DNA of 64,000 bases from Macrostomum lignano (lineage: Eukaryota). The stretch lies in assembly GCA_002269645.1 (NCBI GenBank), contig NIVC01000512.1, positions 14,472 through 78,471 on the forward strand, given 5' to 3'. Numbering within the stretch: position 1 is the stretch's first letter; each line of letters begins with the position of its first letter. Below, in pieces: positions 1 through 13,314 of this stretch. The notes below the pieces were generated by a model that saw only the letters and a program-made list of their open reading frames with translations, was not told the origin of the DNA and did no database searches. The position numbers and the translations under genes were made by a program.

Positions 1-171
1 ATAAATCACCGGACCAGCAAGGCACACAGCTCCTGATAGTACTTATCACCAAGCACTTTTCAACGGAGATAATCATGGAGCAACAGCAGCAACATCTGAG
101 AGCACGCTGCGTTCAAGCATGGCCTCATGTTTTCTTAGAATAGGAAAATAGGGCACAAAATAATGCTGCCT

Positions 172-403
172 TGTCTCCTGTATCTCCCTGTCTCTCCCTG
201 TCTCTCCCTGTCTCTCCCTGTCTCTCCCTGTCTCTCCCTGTCTCTCTGTCTCTCCCTGTCTCTCTGTCTCTCTCTGTCTCTCCCTGTCTCTCTGTCTCTC
301 CCTGTCTCTCTGTCTCTCCCTGTCTCTCCCTGTCTCACCCTCTCTGTCTCTCCCTATCTCTCGCTCTGTCTCTCTTCCCCTATATCTCACTCTCTGTCTC
401 GCC
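172..403. repeat. Pyrimidine-rich micro/minisatellite (CTCCCTGTCT-type)
   Basis: Direct tandem 8-10 bp units. Confidence 0.9.
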
Positions 404-989
404 CTCCCCGTATCCTGCCTCTCTCACCCAGATCAGCATTTTTCTGCAGATTATGTTATTGCAGTTTATTAACCTTGCATATACGATCTAAATGTTAGTT
501 TTGTCTTGTATGTTTTGCTAAATGTAGTTGTTCAAGACCACAGTCGATAATTTTAAGATTAAAATGCACCCCAGACAGCGACATCAATTTCTTTTTTTTC
601 AGGCTTAGGTCCACCTCCGCAGGTGGTCGGCACTTGCCGGGCCAACGGCGCAATGTGGATGGCTAGTGAGCAGTGCCAATGCCTGAGAAGTGTCTCAATG
701 CACGCCCCCTGCGCCTTGCCGGGTTGTGAGTGGGCGGCCCGGCAGCCAAATAGCAGCTTGAGCACTTAATTCCTCTGGCAACCGGCCCTAGTCACCTATA
801 CCGCCTCCCCCCGCCTGCTCAGAGACAGCGAAGCATGTCCAAAATTGGATTTCGAATGCATGCGCACATGAGCTGTCCGCCTAGTCTGGTTTTGATCTGC
901 TTGAACTGTGCACTCGCAATCTCACAGTTTACTGACTGCGCTTTTTAACTGGGCTGCAACACCCACCGCCATTCCATTGCTGGATTTTG

Positions 990-1206
<217 letters not shown>

Positions 1207-2355
1207 CACAAGTGCTCAAACTCTCAACCAGTCTCCCTGCTTCATCAGCATTACTTTCTCAGTCTATATTAGGCATTGCTAGTTGCGCACGAGTTTTACA
1301 ACCTGTCTCGGCAGGCATTCCTCAAGTGCAGCAGCGCGCCAGTCCGTGAGACAATCGCGTGTTCCCCACCCACCCAGCCAGCCCGGCAATCCAAAGCGGC
1401 ATTTGCGCTGCCAGTTTTATGGCTGCTCCAATCTGCTCTATCGTTGGCGTCTTCTCCTGCTCAAGCGGGTAGATAAACTGTGATTTTCAAACTGCAATCA
1501 TTGAAAATCCGATGAAATTAGGCAGCTCATTTTACCGGTACAAGCACCTCATAATATAAATAATCTATTTAAAAAACCTGGGGAGAAGAGACTGGACAGC
1601 CAGACAGCAGAAGCCGCTGCTCAGGTGTCTGCACACATCTGTCATATATCAGAGGTGGGGCGAACTCACTCAGTGCGGGGGAGTTGCCAACCCCAGAACG
1701 CCCTGTTTGCTTGGGTGGTCCCGACGACTCAACCTGGAATTCACTAATTCGCCCTATACGAACGCAAGAGACAAGAGAGAGAAAGAGCTGGGAGAGTACT
1801 AGGGCAGAAGACACCTCAACTGGCAAGGCCCCCGCCTCATCAGGCTCACAAGAGTTTTCTAAATAAGACAGGAGGACTGGGGGGCAGCGCGCTGGGCCCC
1901 AAAACGCTGCGCTTTGTCCCGTCGCCATTGGGCAGCGAGAGACTCGCCTGAGCGGAGGAGAGAGACCCAGTGCTGGGGGTTGGCCGCGACCGAGTGGAGC
2001 ACACAGCTCAGGACACGCGCGCTCTGCGTAGTTTGCGAGCTCTCTACTTCCAGAAGAAAAAGCAGGTGCCGGCAAATTTCTCATCGCAATCTCGTTTTTA
2101 CTGTCGATCTTCTGCTTTTATTTCTTGCTCTCTCAATTCCAGCTCGCTGGAGGAGATAAAGAGGACTGATAGGCAGACTGGAACAAGACTGCACGAGAGC
2201 TTATCTGGCCTCTGCTTCTCTCTACTAAATCTGTCTGCTTCTTCCTAAACCCCTGTGCAACGGGCACCAGAAATTTTAGCGCGCCAAAAGCAAACTGAAA
2301 TTCAAATTAGGCGGCTGGAACGGACGAAACCATGCTGGGCTGAATCAGACAGCGA

Positions 2356-5300
2356 ATGCCGCCAGCTGCTCCCATGCAGCACAGGAGTCCGCTGCTCCAG
2401 GCCATGCCCTTGCTGCTCCTGCTGCTGCTCCTGCTGCTGCCCAACGCCTCGCTGGGCCAGAGAGCTCGACAGCGACACAAGCAGCGCTGGAGAAGGCTGC
2501 CCGCCAAGCAGCTGCCATCAAGTGAGTGCGGCCACGAGTTTCACGACGCTCAGTCCAAGTGGCTGCAGTCCGACCTCGTCCTGCGCGCCACCTGGCGGGC
2601 AAGCGACGAGTCAACGCCGACCAAAAACGGCGCTTACAACATCTCCATGACGGTCGGGTCGCAGCTGAAGCCGTGGCGGCAGAACCTGGAGGGCCGGCGC
2701 ATCACGGTCGGCACATTCAACCGGACCCAGGTGCGCCAGCAGCGAGCCAGGCAGCGGCAGACCTGCATGCCGTGCGACCTGCGCCGGCGCCCAGCTGGCT
2801 ACGTGTTCTTCCTGACGGCCACGCGAGACCCCGGCTTCTTCCGCCTGGCCTTCCTGCCTGCGCGCTTCAAGAAGAAGCTGAAGAAAAAGTTCAACCGGGT
2901 GCAGTGCAACGAGATGCGGGCCTGCCGTGAGTTTTTAACCATAGATTTTGCTGGCCCTCTAGTTAATCAGAATTGAGGAGGCGGGGTGGCTAAAATATGA
3001 CAAAGAGCTACCAGCTCTGTGCACTGGCTTTTGCTATGCCCTGCTGGTGTACATCAGAAAGCGGAGTGCTTACGGCACTACAATTTATAAGTTGAACTTT
3101 CTTTTTTTCTTTAATCAGAATATTTGGTCATTCGAGTTATTCGGACATTTTCCATGTGTATGTATGTAAATCGTGCAAATCTCAGTGGAAATTTAGCTTA
3201 CTTGACTGTCTCTGATTGCATTTCTACGAAAATTATTGTGAAAAACTGATGTCGTATGAATCAAGTTTGAATTAAGAAATTAGATAAGGCTGATTTCACT
3301 GGTATCTTGTCTTGCTCTTACTTGGGATTTCGTCTTCAGCTTTGGAAGCAATCAAGATTGGCTCTCTGTGTTAGCTCGACAACTCTTTATAGTTTCACGA
3401 TATTTCTGCCAAAAATTTTGGCAACAACAAGTAACTTCTTTCTTTTCCCGCTACTTTGCTTTTATATTTCTTCCCTAGCTTCTTTATATTTCTTCCCGGT
3501 CTCCCACGGCCAAAAGCATGCAGGCATGCAATCATCATTTTCTGCAAGATGGGGTTATTATAATGTAATTATCTATTCACGTACCTGGCAAGGCTGTCTT
3601 TTCCTGTCCGAAGTAGTTCATCTTAAAAGACGTAGAGATAAGGATTCTTTTCAGGGATATTGCATTGTGCTGGATTTGTTCTCCTAATTACTTGCCAAGG
3701 CTACAGGAAATCATCATCTGGGCAGCTGACTGTACAAACCGACGATTCACCCGGGGCTTCAAAAGAGTCATAAAGCTGAAGAATGAGTTCTTAGAAAATG
3801 ACTGTGAAGACTGTAGACGCCACGCTACTCATATTGAAACTGATGGCTGCAAGCTCGCAATATGCAAATCTTACTGAGCTGTCAATTTTTCACTAAACTT
3901 TTGCTTTTAATTCCCTCAAATTTCCTCAAAGAATGCAAGACTGGTTCCTTTGAATTACGTCAGAAAGTGTTGAGAGCTAAGATGCTCAACTTGTCAGAAA
4001 TTTGTCTTCAAGCTTATCAACACTTTTTTGCGACGAGTTTTTTATATCCATTAAAGGATGTCTGTTCTGACACAGATTATTGCAAGATTACCAGCTAGCT
4101 TTCAACCCAGTGGTACTGACACTTCGGCACAGGCTTAGTAGAGCTCGAAAAGTGGGACTAAAGACTGAAGCAACGAAAAGAAACGAAAGATGGTCGAAAG
4201 TGGACTCAGAAAGCCTGGACTGGCTTCTCGAAGAAACCCGAGATTCTCTCGGGGGGGGGGCATACAAAATTGCTTTTGCGGTTGAGTTTCCAATTAAACT
4301 TGCTTTAAAGAAAAATAGCGCAGGCAATGGGAAAAGCTTTGAGTTCAAGAAGAGGACTTTGGGGATTGAATGATAGTAAGAAGAAAGGGGGGGGGTAAAA
4401 AATCAGAAAACAGCCAGATGAGGAAACCGTGGAAGATTTTCGACCTTACTTATCCGCTCGAGAGGGAATCAAATGAAGATTTACGTCGCGAGGATTTGGA
4501 GCGGGCGGCTGGGCGGCTCACTGACAGCTGCGCAGGCCCGGATGTCCCACCAAATTCTGTACGGTTGTTTATCCCGAGAGCCAGGCTTTCCGCGGGCCTG
4601 AAGCTGCACTATAACTTCTCCACTCAGCTCCCGTAGGTATACTGATGTTCGAACAGATATGAACAAAAATTTGCCGCTTTGGATTCGAAAATAAAAAAAC
4701 AATAGTGCAGACAGTTGCGAACTCAGACAACAGAGATCAGCAAGCAACAGCAGAAAAGAACAGGGTCACAATGGTATGCCTTGGAGCTGGACTCAAAAAG
4801 CGCGATGTGCTCCCCTTTCCATAACACAAACTTTACCGAGCAGAATAATTTTAGGCAGAATAAATATTTCTTAGTATCCCTTAAGCGCACCCCTTAGGTT
4901 CCTAAGCGTTATCAGGCGATCTGCTGAGGTATTTTAGTTTGGTTTATAAGACTTTCTAAAGGGTGGATACCGACTGTTTTATCGGAGAATGCCTTAGAGG
5001 CTTCTGCATGCTTACTGGCAAACAAAATAGCTTTTTGTCTGCCGATAAGCAAAGTGCTGGTGCAATTCGAAAGAGATTTTTGTTTCAGTCATTTATCAGT
5101 TCCAACAAATTAAACCCCAGTCTTATTCGCCGACTATCAATCGCTGCAGGTGTTGAAACTACAATATGCGGTAAGCCGTTCGATCAAGTCGGTCCCCTTT
5201 TACCAACAGGCTGTTCCTGTGTTAAAGAATTAAAGAGAAGTTTCTTAACAGGCCTTCGAAAGGCTGCCCTAACACAATTAGCAAGCATTGAGGCGGCGTG

Positions 5301-8300
5301 TCACTCACCCCCTCACCTTGCTGTGCGGCAGTGTAGGAGTACAGTGTATGCTCGAACGGGCCTACTACTAGCAATATCAGTTGCAATTTGCAATCCCTGC
5401 AGGCAACGAAATGCACAGTTGAAAGTGTCGAGTGCAGTGAAACCATAGAGACGTAATTTTGAGCACATTTTGTATCTTCCAATTTCATAACCAAATCTTA
5501 CCTCAGCTGTATGGACGCTGATGGTCGTATTTACGCTCGTAATGTAACACAATTATATTTATATATTTATACAAACATTTATTCCATGATTGCTTAAGCC
5601 ACTTCTTCTGCGCATTTAAGTACACGAATTCACCTTCTTATTATTAGACAAATAACTCCTCAGGGTTCTAGACTCACTGTATTCCGATCCTAAGTTTTAG
5701 TTATTAATCATAGTGAATTTTTAACAACGTGATGTGAATATTGGTCTCGATGAATGGGATCATCCGCCGTCAATTTTCGAGCGAACTGATCTAAATTACG
5801 CGTGTAGGTTAAGAATGAAGACACAAAAATCAAGGAACGCTCCGACGGTACTAATTGTTTAAGTTTTGATTGTCGCACTTGAAGCTCTTTATCTATAGAA
5901 TACTCGCACATCGTACTCTTTTCCTTAACCAAAACGTTTGTTACAAGGAAGTTTTTAAAAAAATGCAAATTGCCAATTTTCCTTTTCCAGCGCGTCCCCC
6001 GCAACTGGTGAAGGAGATGCGCAAACGAATCCGAAGGATCAGCCGCAGGCGCGGTGGCAGCCGTGGGATGCGGCTGCGACTGCGGCTGGTGTGCCGAGCG
6101 AACGGGCTGCCCCGTCCGAGGCCGCTATGGCTGCGCGACGGCGAGCCAGTTAAACTGGGCCGGGGCAGGGTGGCGCAGTTCAAGACCAGGTGAGTTTCTT
6201 AGAGGCAGGGGCTGTGAGCACCCTGGCGCACTTTAGGCGACATTGTCATACAACCGGCGAGAGGCATTGATGATGCATCCGATTATCGCTCTACAGTCGC
6301 TGCATTTGATTTCGTGCACGACCACTGCTGTACACCCTGTGATCAAGTGCGCGCTTGGGGGCTAGCGAAATCGGGCATGACTTGGTCATTTCTGCAAATC
6401 ATCTGCCCTCGTCTCTGTTTAATTTATTACAAGTGTCTCTCCCTCTCTGGTCTGTAGCTCAGTCTTGTTATTCCTATCACTCTCCCTCTCTGGTCTGTAG
6501 TTCAGTCTTGTTATTCTTATCTCTCTCCCTCTCTGGTCTGTAGCTCAGTCTTGTTATTCCTATCACTCTCCCTCTCTGGTCTGTAGCTCAGTCTTGTTAT
6601 TCCTATCACTCTCCCTCTCTGGTCTGTAGTTCAGTCTTGTTATTCTTATCTCTCTCCCTCTCTGGTCTGTAGTTCAGTCTTGTTATTCTTATCTCTCTTC
6701 CTCTCTGGTCTGTAGTTCAGTCTTGTTATTCTTATCTCTCTCCCTCTCTGGTCTGTAGTTCAGTCTTGTTATTCTTATCTCTCTCCCTCTCTGGTCTGTA
6801 GTTCAGTCTTGTTATTCTTATCACTCTTCCTCTCTGGTCTGTAGTTCAGTCTTGTTATTCTTATCTCTCTCCCTCTCTGGTCTGTAGTTCAGTCTTGTTA
6901 TTCTTATCACTCTTCCTCTCTGGTCTGTAGTTCAGTCTTGTTATTCTTATCTCTCTCCCTCTCTGGTCTGTAGTTCAGTCTTGTTATTCTTATCACTCTC
7001 CCTCTCTGGTCTGTAGTTCAGTCTTGTTATTCCTATCACTCTCCCTCTCTGGTCTGTAGTTCAGTCTTGTTATTCTTATCTCTCTCCCTCTCTGGTCTGT
7101 AGTTCAGTCTTGTTATTCTTATCTCTCTCCCTCTCTGGTCTGTAGTTCAGTCTTGTTATTCTTATCTCTCTCCCTCTCTGGTCTGTAGTTCAGTCTTGTT
7201 ATTCTTATCACTCTTCCTCTCTGGTCTGTAGTTCAGTCTTGTTATTCTTATCTCTCTCCCTCTCTGGTCTGTAGTTCAGTCTTGTTATTCTTATCACTCT
7301 TCCTCTCTGGTCTGTAGTTCAGTCTTGTTATTCTTATCTCTCTCCCTCTCTGGTCTGTAGTTCAGTCTTGTTATTCTTATCACTCTCCCTCTCTGGTCTG
7401 TAGTTCAGTCTTGTTATTCTTATCTCTCTCCCTCTCTGGTCTGTAGTTCAGTCTTGTTATTCTTATCTTTCTCCCTCTCTGGTCTGTAGTTCAGTCTTGT
7501 TATTCTTATCTCTCTCCCTCTCTGGTCTGTAGTTCAGTCTTGTTATTCTTATCTCTCTCCCTCTCTGGTCTGTAGTTCAGTCTTGTTATTCTTATCACTC
7601 TCCCTCTCTGGTCTGTAGTTCAGTCTTGTTATTCTTATCTCTCTCCCTCTCTGGTCTGTAGTTCAGTCTTGTTATTCTTATCTCTCTCCCTCTCTGGTCT
7701 GTAGTTCAGTCTTGTTATTCTTATCTCTCTCCCTCTCTGGTCTGTAGTTCAGTCTTGTTATTCTTATCTCTCTCCCTCTCTGGTCTGTAGTTCAGTCTTG
7801 TTATTCTTATCACTCTCCCTCTCTGGTCTGTAGTTCAGTCTTGTTATTCTTATCACTCTCCCTCTCTGGTCTGTAGTTCAGTCTTGTTATTCTTATCACT
7901 CTCCCTCTCTGGTCTACCGTATAGTTCAGTCTTGTTTTTCTTGTCTCTCTCCCTCTCTGGTCTGTAGTTCAGTCTTGTTATTCTTATCACTCTCCCTCTC
8001 TGGTCTACCGTATAGTTCAGTCTTGTTTTTCTTGTCACTCTCCCTCTCTGGTCTGTAGTTCAGTCTTGTTTTTCTTGTCTCTCTCCCTCTCTGGTCTGTA
8101 GTTCAGTCTTGTTTTTCCTGTCTCTCTCCCTCTCTGGTCTACCGTATAGTTCAGTCTTGTTTTTCTTGTCTCTCTCCCTCTCTGGTCTACCGTATAGTTC
8201 AGTCTTGTTTTTCTTATCTCTCTCCCTCTCTGTTCTACCGTATAGTTCAGTCTTGTTTTTCCTGTCTCTCTCCCTCGCGCGGCCTTCTGATTGGCTCTTC

Positions 8301-11300
8301 AGTCTCACCTCTTTCCTCAGTCGCGCACTCTACCCCTCCTATTTTTACGACGCATCTGCACCCCCCCCCCCCTGAACAGAGACAAGGGCAAATGAGCTTT
8401 TTATTAGAGGCAGGGGGATGTGTACACCCTGGCGCAAGCGACATGTCGCACAACCGGTGAGAGGCATTACTGGCCATTCCGCCGACTCCCCTGAGCAGGC
8501 ACACAAGCGCGCAGATACGTACGCAGTCATACCCACAGGCACACACTCACACAGGGGTGTACAGCGGCCCTAACTTTATTTATCGTTAGGAATGTACACT
8601 TCACTGTGCCTGGGGGGGATATAAGATAGAAGATTGAAGTCCTGCCGTTAGCCCAACTCCTCGATAGCTCGCATGAATTCACCTCAAGTATTTTCTTCAA
8701 CATTAACAGGAAAGGAATAGTCACGTCTCGTCTCGTGCTAAGAAGGGCATCGCCAGATGACGCTGGAAATTACACCTGCGTGTTCCGCAACCTGCAGGGC
8801 TCCATCAGCAGCAGCATCGTGCTGGCTGGTGAGCTGACTGCTATTTGAACTCAATCATTTTCTTAACCTTATTTGCCTTGTATTGTTCTTGCAGTAGTCA
8901 GGCTGATTGAGGGGGAGGCGAGCATGCTAATAAAGTCTTGTTGCATCTCGAACGAAAAGGAATGCGGGGTATATCGAGTACCACAAACTTTTTTGTGAGT
9001 AAGCATCGTAAATGCATCTACCCCGCTCAAAGCCCTTACCCCGCTCTCACCCTGCGAACGCTTGAGCCAATCTCTGGGCAGTTTCGTCGGAGCAGTTTTG
9101 CTACTGTATATAAAGCGAACAACTAGAGGCGCTGGCCAACTCGTAGCTCCATTGTTAGTCTCTGAAAACCGCGAATTCAAAATTTTCATTCTATCACTCT
9201 ATAACTGGTAAGCGATTTTGTTTGCCCAGTTAAACTTTAAACAACCAATCTCCACTGCTTGAAACTTAATATACGTAGACCGTAGTTCCAAAATCGCAGA
9301 TAAACCCGTTTAGTGCCCAGTATTTTAGACGCACGCAAATATGTATCCAGGCATGCTCACACCCTGGCCCTTCAGTTCGCTCGTGGAACCGACCTGGGGG
9401 ACTTTCAGAGGAATGCCATAAGTTGCTGATTTTCTAAACTAAGCGCCAAAAGTATTTAAGGAATCTTGTAGCACACCAAGTATCGTATTGACTTGTTTTT
9501 GTTACACCCAATTGGTCCCATATATGGAATGAGCATCGGCAATGCAACAGTCTAGCGTAGACAAACGTATGTCATTCCAACAATAACTCAACTTGTCTGT
9601 GCAGTTTGTCTCATTTCAACGTTACAGCGGAAGAATTGAGCAGCTCGATGGGTCAGCAAACATCCACCACTGTGGGTAAGTGTTGTTCTGTTCAGAGCTC
9701 TATTTTAGGAGCTGCAAGCGTCTTTATTGCAACCTGTCTGTCTGTTAGTGTTGGCCAGTAACTATCTGGGGGCGGTATTCTTTTAGATGCCATTGTGAAA
9801 GTCAGCCCTGACCTATACGCAGAGCAGACAGGGTGGGTGGGGAGAGCCGGCACAGTGGCTCAAAGCATTCGCAGACAGCTGACACACAGTTGGCAAGACT
9901 GCTTTGGTATGCGCTTTGAACGTCCAGCATAAATAGTTAATTAGAATTGGGCTTGCTGAAACTTACTGGGCGGAGGCCGAGTGAAGCTCTAAACAGATGA
10001 ATAACAAATCGATGAAAATATTCCAGCGCCCCAGCCGCAGAACTACCTGTGCAACTACAAGAATGTCACCTATTGTCTCAACGGAGGCACCTGCGTCATC
10101 AGTCGAATTACCAATAAGCCATCCTGCCAGTGAGTCAAACCTGCTTTCTGATCAAATCAAACAAGCTCAATTGGAATAATTCACTTTGATCTGATTAGTA
10201 ATGACAGCTTGATGCCCATTTCGATCAGCTGCATCCTTGTGCACAAGGGATGTAGATTCATGTACTATTTAAGAAGGCACAATGCACGGATTACCGTATA
10301 TATTATAGCAATAGCTGGGAACAGAATTCTATGTCCATTAGTTTTACTGCACAACCGGTACAATTAATTTACTAATAAAAATTCCAGATGTCCAGAAGAG
10401 TACATGGGGTTCTTCTGCGAGAATATCAACATTGAGTACATGTACCGGGAGCAGATCAGGCAGAGTAAATTTTTCTTGCACAGCTTTCTAAGATTAATTA
10501 ATAATATTTATGTCAATCAGATTTTCAATCCAATTTCAACATTATCCAGTGCTGCATTTGATTTAGCTCACTTATAAAACCGAGAGTGGTCTAATGCCTT
10601 TGCTAATAGCTTTACAGTGTTGATTTTAGCAACGGATGCTTTGTTGATTATTCAGCTATTAATAACAATATCGCGTTATAACCATTGTTGATGAGTGGCA
10701 CTAATTCATTTGCTTGAAACCGATTGCCAATTTTTTAACCAGGTGCATATCGGCTGTAAACCTCAACGACACTGACTGCGTGGATTTGCAGAGTACGCTA
10801 GCAACCAATTTTTAACTTGGAATTCTATTTATAGTAATGCCTGTGTTGCTAAGACTTACAAATAAATTGGTTAGACAGCAAGACAGTCGTTAAGTGCGTA
10901 TAAAACTGAATTTACAGCTTAAGCAAAGCATTCTCATCAAAGCAAGAGCAAAGTGGCTCCGCACTTCAAAAGAGAATTCCAAAATTGCGGCGAATCGCTC
11001 GCGTGATCAACACCAGCTCCAGTCTCCAGCCTGCAGAGCAAATTGTGTTTGGTTTGAGTAAAGCAATAGAGGCATTGCAGACTCTCCTCTTCATCTAACT
11101 TGATCAGAATTCGGACAGGCAACAGGGAGGGCTGGCAGTAGGATATTGGAAGCTGTGTGGCTGATGAAGCTCAGCTACCAAGGCATCCGGACCCCTTGGA
11201 CAGATCAGCTCAGAGACTAAGGAGAGTAAACTCTGAGCTGCCAATGCTTTTGCAAGGTCAGGTCTAGGAAGATCCCGGAAGTCCACTATATCCTGTAATC

Positions 11301-13278
11301 AGCCTCCATCGCTCAATCTCAACCGCATTGCAGCCTACATTGAGCAGCATTTGCACCGTCGAGTCGATCGACTGTTGACCGCAGTTGCGGTAGCCATCGT
11401 AGCAGCGGTGCTCTGCTCCATCCTGCTGCTCTCCTGGTACTTGGCTAGGTTAGAAAAGTGCTGAATAAACTTCATATTTACTTTAGAAAGCCTTCCGTAG
11501 GGATCAACGGAATTGCACTACTAATAAGTAGAATGTTGCGTACATTCAGACCCGTTTACGGTTCAGTGGTAAATATTCCAATATAGTTGTTCATTAGCAT
11601 TGGTTTTGTTTGCTCAGCTTGTAAGCCGCTTTCAGTAGTATATTGCATTGTTACCGACCTGCAATGGCTTGATGCTTTACAATAATGTTGTGTCACCTTA
11701 TCCACCAAACCGACATGCGCCTGGTTGCAATTGTTGTACTCCATTTGCCTTTATTTTTATTTTTACCACCGTCGCCGCCTGCTCTGTCTTTAGCTGCCTC
11801 TTCTTCCTGCATCAGCCTCTCTTCCTCATCAAAATATTGCAGGCCTAATTCGAAATTTAGCAGTGGCAGGCGTGTCCGAGACGACTCTCTCCACCACGAC
11901 CCTTGTGGCCGGTCTCGCCTTGATAGCCCTGTTTGTTGTGCTCCTGGCTATCTGTTGTATGGTTGCGGACATGTGAGTCCTGTTTATTAAGTATTTAAAC
12001 AAATCATTTCAAAATCAGAACGCGCTCTTTTAGGTTCGTCAGGTCATAAATCGACACAGCTGTATTGTCCTGTCACATTGTTTCTCAGAGAATCGATGTC
12101 GTGATGACCTGTTTGTTTCAGTTTAAACTTCTGTTATAAAGTAGTTTGAGGCAAAGACAAAGCTTTTGAACATTCTGTTAAGGTTTCTTTTGAAAAAAAA
12201 CATTTCAGACGTCGAAGACTGGATAGGAAGCATTGGACTGTCCCTGCGGGAAAGCGCTCTTCTGATGAGGAGGTGAGTGAAAGCAAGTGTCCAGTGATCA
12301 CCGGTTCCCTAGTGATCACCGGTTCCCTAGTGATCACCGGTTCCCCTAGTGATCACCGGTTCCCTAGTGATCACCGGTTCCCTAGTGATCACCGGTTCCC
12401 TAGTGATCACCGGTTCCCTAGTGATCACCGGTTCCCTAGTGATCACCGGTTCCCTAGTGATCACCGGTTCCCTAGTGATCACCGGTTCCCTAGTCGTAAG
12501 AGAACGCAACACTTAAGTTAATAGGTGCTTATTTAAAGTCCTCATTTTGCTCAACAAAAATTTGCTTCACAGGATATCGTAGGAACGTTTCAGTTTTTAG
12601 CGCTAGAGATTGACAGTTGTTAAAATCTGATGACTTCGGAGTTCCAGAAAGTTGGTGCTGAAAACTGGAAATCGCCAGTCTCGTTGAAGAAGCATATTAA
12701 ATAAAAATTTCACCTTCAAATGCACTCCCGTAGATTTGTAGCGTTTAATTCTCTTACCACCCGGGGTCCTTGTCGACTTAGCGGTCCAGCCCAGCAAATT
12801 TTGTCCCATCAAAACTTCAGGAGCTGGGAAGTCGCCTGACATCATCAATTCGGTCACCCGCGCCGCATTTTGACGCGTCCACAATGACGGAATTTCCCGT
12901 GCACCCAGTGCCCCCTGTGCCTCCCCACAGTCAGCAGCCTCTGCCGCATCTGCAACCTCAAAACCAGTTCTATCTCTACCAGAATCCTCGGGAACCCAGC
13001 CTGAGCAATGGCCCAACCACCGTGGCGGTACCGACGGCTGCTGCAGAGCCTCGGCGCAGTCACAACTCCGGTGCTGCTGGCGGCGGCGCGCCACTGTCGT
13101 ACACCTACCGCACTCCCGGCCCGTCATCCAGCCAGCCCGTCGAGTTCCGCATTCAGCCAGTATTTAATTACGCCACTGCGGCCGCTGGCACCTCAGACGC
13201 GGCTGACAATCTGGACGACCGAAATGTTGACGGCGAGGCTATTGACCTGTTGAAGGAGTTCAAGCGAGTTGAACTACT

Positions 13279-13314
<36 letters not shown>

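Noticed and set aside
602-726. Possible exon (ttttcag|...|gtgagt) upstream of the neuregulin-like gene
   Set aside because: Good splice signals but no recognisable coding content or partner exon; it may be 5' UTR, which I cannot confirm.
8869-9189. YTPHSF motif suggesting a tyrosine recombinase remnant
   Set aside because: Single short motif lacking the catalytic Arg; no other recombinase motifs.
9843-9865. GCCGGCACAGTGGCTCA resembles an Alu or tRNA-SINE 5' end
   Set aside because: Short match only; no B box, body or tail follows.
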